DNA from: Candidatus Undinarchaeota archaeon
GTDB lineage: Archaea; SpSt-1190; JASMDC01
Length of the DNA stretch: 64,000 nucleotides
Direction: 5' to 3'
Assembly (NCBI GenBank): GCA_964519305.1
Contig: CAZFHY010000018.1
Location: forward strand, 1-64,000
This document shows, one piece after another, positions 59,314-64,000 of this stretch; position 1 is the first letter of the stretch; the number at the start of each line of letters is the position of its first letter. The notes below the pieces were generated by a model. The model ran no database searches. It was given only the letters and a program-made list of their open reading frames with translations, and had not been told where the DNA came from. Both the position numbers and the translations under genes were made by a program.

Positions 59314-61310
59314 TAGACCTCACCGCGCGTCCATTGCCGGATCCTCTCGGGATCCACGTAGTAGGTCTCGATGAACTTCGATACACGCTCGAAGTCCGTG
59401 ATGTTGTTGTCATTGAGCCATTCAATGAGCTTCGACCGTCTGTAGAGCTCGGCGAGGACCTCGTCCTTGGAGATACCGCGGTTGACCCTGACCTTCTCCA
59501 TGACCACGCTCTCCTCGAGCGCGGCGATGTTGTCCTCGGTGGGGTCCCACTCGAACACGAACCGGGTGACTACCTCCTTGGTGTCCCCGTCCACGCCCGC
59601 TATCTCCACGAGCTGGTTGACGCGGCGCACATAGTGCTTGCCCAAACGTGCACGGATGAGGAACACGACGATGTCAAGGCTCTCGAGGAGCACCGCGGGA
59701 AGGTTGATCGGCTTTGTTGTGAGACGATTGATGAGCTTCTCCATGTTCTCTGCGTGGATGGTGCCCATCCCGGCGTGACCCGTGGACATGGCCTGGAACA
59801 TGATGGCGGCCTCGTCGCCACGCACCTCCCCCACGAGGAGGTAATCAGGGCGCTGACGCAGTGCGGCCTTGAGCAGGTCGAACATCGATACTCCGCCCAC
59901 ACCATGCGAGCCCGCAGCGGCCCGTGCCACCTGGGGCAGCCAGTTGGGGTGGGGCAGACGCAGCTCTGCTGTGTCCTCGATAGAGACGATCTTCTGTTCG
60001 GGCTTGATGAAGAGAGAGATGGCGTTGAGCATGGTCGTCTTTCCCGTGGCTGTAGCTCCGGAAACGAGGACCGATTTGCTCCCCTCTACCGCGAGCCACA
60101 GGTAAGCGAGCACCTCGGGCGTCACCGTACCGGACCGCACCATCTTGATGGGCGTGACCGGCTCCTTCGAGAACTTACGGATGGTGAAGTTGGAACCGCG
60201 CTTGGATATATCGGTACCGAAGGTAGCCTGGACACGGCTCCCGTCGGGCAACGCTCCGTCGAGTAGAGGGTCGGCCACTGAGATGGCCCTGCCACACCGC
60301 TGGGAGAGCTTCATGACGAAGTTGTCCAACAGGTCCTTGCTCTCGAACTCTACCGACGTGGCGATCTCACCGAAGAGAGGATTGTTATGGGCGATAAAGA
60401 CCGGGATGCTGTAGCCATCGCACGAGATGTCCTCAATAGCGGGATCATGGAGCAGGGGCTCGAGGTTGTTGAGCCCTATGAAGTCGCGGACGACGAAGTA
60501 GATGACCTTCTCCAGCTGGTCGGGAGAAAGAACGTAGCCGAAGTAGTTCAGGAACTCGTACACCTTGTTGACGAGGAACTCTTGCTGGAACGCGCCCCCA
60601 CCCTCGAAGTTGACGTCCATGCGTTCCTGGAGCTTCACTTGGATCTCCTTGAACACCTGTTCCTCCTCGGGCGACATCTGGGGCTCGATGACCGTGTAGA
60701 CCAGCGATTTGGTCTGCTGGTTGTAGCGGATATTGGCCCACGTCAGGGTGCGCTCCGGGTTCAGAGGGCTCTGCATGAGCGGGTACGTCTGGTTGACGTT
60801 CCTTAGCTCCTGGGATTCCTCCTCTTTCGCCCGCTGGATCTCCTCGAACTTGTCCTCCAGCCCGAGCTCGGCCATCTCCTCCAGGGTGAGGAGCTTGATG
60901 CCCGCCTGTTTGTCAGAGGCTCCTGGCCGCCTCTTGGACGCGACCTTCACTTCGCCCCCGCCACCACCGCCGCTCGCTTGCTGGCGCATGGCGCGCATCT
61001 CTTCGAGGAGCGCTTCCTGCTGGAAGCCGAACTCCTCGATGAGCCCTTCATCACTTCCGCCGCTCCTGGGAGCGGGTGCCGGCATGGAGTCCATGCGCTG
61101 GAGGATCTTGAGGATAGCGGCCTCGACAGCGGGGCTCGATACCCCGCCACCTCCGCCGCCGGTCACGATGACCGGTGCCGGTGCGACATCGACGTTCACG
61201 GGATTGATCGAGGCACGTATGACGCGTTTCCTGTCGCGATGGCTCTTCCTTCTAATGAGCGAGAGTTTACCCTTCACGATCCCATCAACGATGCGCTTCT
61301 TCTTTTTCAC
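59313..61310 (-). CDS. Type IV pilus/secretion assembly ATPase (VirB11/ArlI family) with long N-terminal extension
   Basis: IEDISCDG, FTIRKF, GATATGKTT, IEDT.E, LRQRPD...VGEVRG, TGH..MGTIHA. Confidence 0.95.
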   Translation of the reverse strand: MKKKKRIVDGIVKGKLSLIRRKSHRDRKRVIRASINPVNVDVAPAPVIVTGGGGGGVSSPAVEAAILKILQRMDSMPAPAPRSGGSDEGLIEEFGFQQEALLEEMRAMRQQASGGGGGGEVKVASKRRPGASDKQAGIKLLTLEEMAELGLEDKFEEIQRAKEEESQELRNVNQTYPLMQSPLNPERTLTWANIRYNQQTKSLVYTVIEPQMSPEEEQVFKEIQVKLQERMDVNFEGGGAFQQEFLVNKVYEFLNYFGYVLSPDQLEKVIYFVVRDFIGLNNLEPLLHDPAIEDISCDGYSIPVFIAHNNPLFGEIATSVEFESKDLLDNFVMKLSQRCGRAISVADPLLDGALPDGSRVQATFGTDISKRGSNFTIRKFSKEPVTPIKMVRSGTVTPEVLAYLWLAVEGSKSVLVSGATATGKTTMLNAISLFIKPEQKIVSIEDTAELRLPHPNWLPQVARAAAGSHGVGGVSMFDLLKAALRQRPDYLLVGEVRGDEAAIMFQAMSTGHAGMGTIHAENMEKLINRLTTKPINLPAVLLESLDIVVFLIRARLGKHYVRRVNQLVEIAGVDGDTKEVVTRFVFEWDPTEDNIAALEESVVMEKVRVNRGISKDEVLAELYRRSKLIEWLNDNNITDFERVSKFIETYYVDPERIRQWTRGEV

Positions 61311-61348
61311 GGCCGCATCCGCCCTCGTAGCCAGCGAGAACCGCGTGG

Positions 61349-61975
61349 CTACTGCATCTCTTCAATACATAATGCGTTATATACTTTATCGGACCCGATC
61401 ATGCGGTACGGCTTGAAGAGACGTACTACCATCTTTCTTCCGCTGGGGAAAGCTATGGGGAATATCTCACCATAGAAATCGCTAGTCGGCGACTCTTCCT
61501 TCCAGCTCTTACAATTACAGCAGGAGACGTTAACGTCCTCAAGACCGGTGACTAGTACGTCCTTGCGCGCCTTGCCCGGGATCTTGACGGACACGACGAT
61601 GGCCTTCTTCCGCCGGTCGTGGGACACGTGCATCAGATAGGGCTCGTTCGCGAGCATCTCGGGGATGTCGAGGCGCAGCTCTGAGACTGCGATGGGGTCC
61701 GGTGTCGGCGATTTCAGGTGTTTGCCCGATTCGTATACGATGAGGATCGCCGAGGCGGTGTAGTCCGCGATCTCTTCGATGTACCGCTCTATCAGGATCG
61801 TGACGACCTTCTCGTTCGTGAATGAGAACACAGTCGCTACCATCCCGAGCACCATGACACCGGCGCCGAAGGTCAGGACAGCCTCAATGATGAGCTGCTG
61901 TCCACGCTCATGTGTGAGTATACGGGAACGTGGCCCACGCGGCCGGCGGACGGAGCGTCGGCGGTTCACCATCAC
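61349..61975 (-). CDS. Pilin-like protein (class III signal peptide)
   Basis: ERG|QQLIIEAVL followed by a hydrophobic helix; start uncertain. Confidence 0.7.
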   Translation of the reverse strand: MMVNRRRSVRRPRGPRSRILTHERGQQLIIEAVLTFGAGVMVLGMVATVFSFTNEKVVTILIERYIEEIADYTASAILIVYESGKHLKSPTPDPIAVSELRLDIPEMLANEPYLMHVSHDRRKKAIVVSVKIPGKARKDVLVTGLEDVNVSCCNCKSWKEESPTSDFYGEIFPIAFPSGRKMVVRLFKPYRMIGSDKVYNALCIEEMQ

Positions 61976-61981
61976 AGTGAC

Positions 61982-63073
61982 CTAGTCCAGGGATACCTCT
62001 ACGGTAATCTCCTTGGTCGTCCATTGCTCACCTGGCTTTGGCGGCAAGGTCTTGTCGAACCGATAACGGATCGTGATGGTATGCGAGCCCGCCGGAGCGA
62101 GAGTGATCTGTCCGGGCTTGAGCTTGATGTCGTAGGCGATGTTGTCCTGCGAGTCGTAGATGGGCCGGCACTTGATACGGATGATCGCGCGTCGGTTCTG
62201 TGAGGGGCTCAGCGAGCGGGCGATGATCACGCACGGCTTGCTCTTACCCTTCATGCCCATCTTATCGACATAACCTGAGAGGAGCCGAAGACCGATGGCG
62301 ACCAGGTCGCCGGTGTTCAGCTCGGCCACCTGCCACTTGGTGTCCCCGACCGTGACACGGTCGTTCTTGGTCTTCCAAGCGCCCTGGCATCCGTTCTCGC
62401 TCTCCTCGAGCGCGTCGTTCTTCCACGGGACCATACAGGAATAGGACTGTCGGCCAGTGTCGCACACGAGAGCACGGTACTCGTTCGACTCGATGGTGAT
62501 GATGTTGTCAGATACACCGAAGTAGCTGGGGCCTCCAAGCTCCTTGCAGCTGGTGAAATAGGGGACGTACTCGCCGTTCCCTGTAGGATCGAACGCCTTC
62601 CAGAACTCCCATGAGTCCATGCCCTTGCACTGTGCATCACGCGATGACTTCTTCTGATCATCGCCCTGATGCCCCATGTTGTAACACCAGGCTGTCACGA
62701 ACTTCGCGTTCTCCTGCAACGGTAGTTCTGTCCCGGTCAGCGGGACCCAGGCCGTTGACGCGAGCATGGGGATGTTGGTCTCGATCTCGTACTGGAGCAC
62801 GTACTCGCCGGTACCCTCCTCGGTTATGAGCTTGAGGACTCCGCGGTCGTACTCTACCGGCACGACCTTCTGCTGCTTCTGCATGGCGGCGTTCTCCACA
62901 CCGTCATTGATCGACGATAGCATCTCCTTGGCGTACTCGATGCGACGCTGGTCTGTCGCTTTTTGCATGATGGGCTGTGCCCAGATATAGGTACCTGCCA
63001 CGGCGGCCAGCAGGATGCCCGTGATGAGCACTGCCGACATAATGTTGACTTGACCCCGCGTCCACCGTGCCAT
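61982..63073 (-). CDS. Large pilin-like protein (class III signal peptide)
   Basis: TRG|QVNIMSAVLITGILLAAV...Y.WA.P; Cys-rich insert. Confidence 0.8.
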   Translation of the reverse strand: MARWTRGQVNIMSAVLITGILLAAVAGTYIWAQPIMQKATDQRRIEYAKEMLSSINDGVENAAMQKQQKVVPVEYDRGVLKLITEEGTGEYVLQYEIETNIPMLASTAWVPLTGTELPLQENAKFVTAWCYNMGHQGDDQKKSSRDAQCKGMDSWEFWKAFDPTGNGEYVPYFTSCKELGGPSYFGVSDNIITIESNEYRALVCDTGRQSYSCMVPWKNDALEESENGCQGAWKTKNDRVTVGDTKWQVAELNTGDLVAIGLRLLSGYVDKMGMKGKSKPCVIIARSLSPSQNRRAIIRIKCRPIYDSQDNIAYDIKLKPGQITLAPAGSHTITIRYRFDKTLPPKPGEQWTTKEITVEVSLD

Positions 63074-63078
63074 AGGAC

Positions 63079-63585
63079 CTACCTCCCTCGACGACCGGCC
63101 CTTTGTGATTCCTTTTCCAAGCTCTCGAGCTTCTGGAGACCCTTCTCGACCTCACCGAGCTTACCCAGTTCGCCCGAGATGACCTTGAGACTGTTGATGA
63201 GTGCAGCGTTCTGCTCGATGACCTTGTCCATCTTCTCATCGGCAACACCGCTGCCGCCGCCGCCTCCGCCGCCGCCACGGTAGCTACCGCCCTCGCCGGC
63301 GAGTTCGGCCTCGGTGGCCTCGCCCAGGATCTCTACGAGCTTGTCCATAGAGGTCACGAGCCTGTCGATGCGGTCGGTGGTGCGAGAGAGCTTGCTCACA
63401 AGATCACCGTGAAGGCGTACCATGTCATCGACGATCTTCTGGTTCATCTTCAGGATGTCCACGATTTCGTTGACGAGGAACGCAGTGGAGCCGCCTTCTT
63501 TGTTCTTCTTGAGATCTGCGATCTCCTTCTCCATCCTTCGGATGGGTGTTAGTGGGATGAGCTCGTATTCAGCTTGATCAGCCAT
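63079..63585 (-). CDS. Coiled-coil protein heading the pilus cluster
   Basis: YELIPLTPIRRMEKEI, NQKIVDD, poly-Gly linker, second coiled coil. Confidence 0.7.
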   Translation of the reverse strand: MADQAEYELIPLTPIRRMEKEIADLKKNKEGGSTAFLVNEIVDILKMNQKIVDDMVRLHGDLVSKLSRTTDRIDRLVTSMDKLVEILGEATEAELAGEGGSYRGGGGGGGGSGVADEKMDKVIEQNAALINSLKVISGELGKLGEVEKGLQKLESLEKESQRAGRRGR

Positions 63586-63799
63586 GATAATCACGTCTCC
63601 GGTCCGCTCTCTTAGTTGAGAACTAGGGGTTCGTAGTATTTATAATTTTGTTGACGCAAAAACATTTAATATGCGCCCCGGTGGGCGTGACAGTCATGCT
63701 CACAGGCACCGCCCCGGGCGGTGCTCCATCAAATCACACTCCGCTGCGTTATCGCGGCGTCATCCATCACTTCCTGAATGCTCCTGAGGTGAACCCAAG

Positions 63800-64000
63800 A
63801 TGAGTCTAATCGATGTTCTGAGTTCAATCCATCCCGCAGACCGCGTTCTCGTCGTTTTTACCGGCGATGCTGACGGCTGTACCTCGGCCTCGCTCTTCAG
63901 CCTGTTCCTAGAGAGCGTCGGCACGGCCTACACCATATACACTCCGGAAAACGGCGATCCCCGGATCACGCTGTCGCTGGTAGAAAAGGCCCGTGACTAC
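63800..64000 (+). CDS. DHH-family protein (5' part, runs off window)
   Basis: Translated by hand: MSLIDVLSSIHPADRVLVVFTGDADGCTSASL...; GAGGTGA SD upstream. Confidence 0.7.
   Translation, partial: MSLIDVLSSIHPADRVLVVFTGDADGCTSASLFSLFLESVGTAYTIYTPENGDPRITLSLVEKARDY

Overview
High-GC archaeal chromosomal segment. Housekeeping markers include aCPSF1/FttA next to the proteasome beta subunit, archaeal ProRS, Sec61beta, an Sm-like protein, mre11-rad50, RecJ/GAN, Nre, Dph6, PGK, class II FBA, bacterial-type gyrAB, trpB2 with TrpY, and a type IV pilus-like cluster. The pilus cluster and Cys-repeat surface proteins resemble those of DPANN-type lineages (inference only). I saw no CRISPR array, transposase, integrase or reverse transcriptase. 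Signals the ORF track misses: (1) tRNA-Leu(UAA) has a 39-nt BHB-flanked intron in the T-loop, and the intron begins with a near-copy of the tRNA 3' end. (2) A box C/D sRNA has a guide that predicts 2'-O-methylation of C34 in a CAU-anticodon tRNA. (3) A pilus platform protein carries a Cys-rich C-terminal domain that is about 79% identical to a free lipoprotein 40 kb away. (4) A 68-bp promoter/operator element occurs twice, facing inward around a 5.2-kb block of acidic, partly degenerate enzymes. (5) An accessory locus combines four paralogous 2-TM proteins, an ABC exporter and a tandem pair of diversifying Cys-rich peptides. (6) There is also a 54-aa Cys4 microprotein with a PIP-like tail, a stand-alone AglB soluble domain, and a 6xPAS+GAF sensor with no output domain. 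All calls come from reading motifs by eye; no database searches were run.
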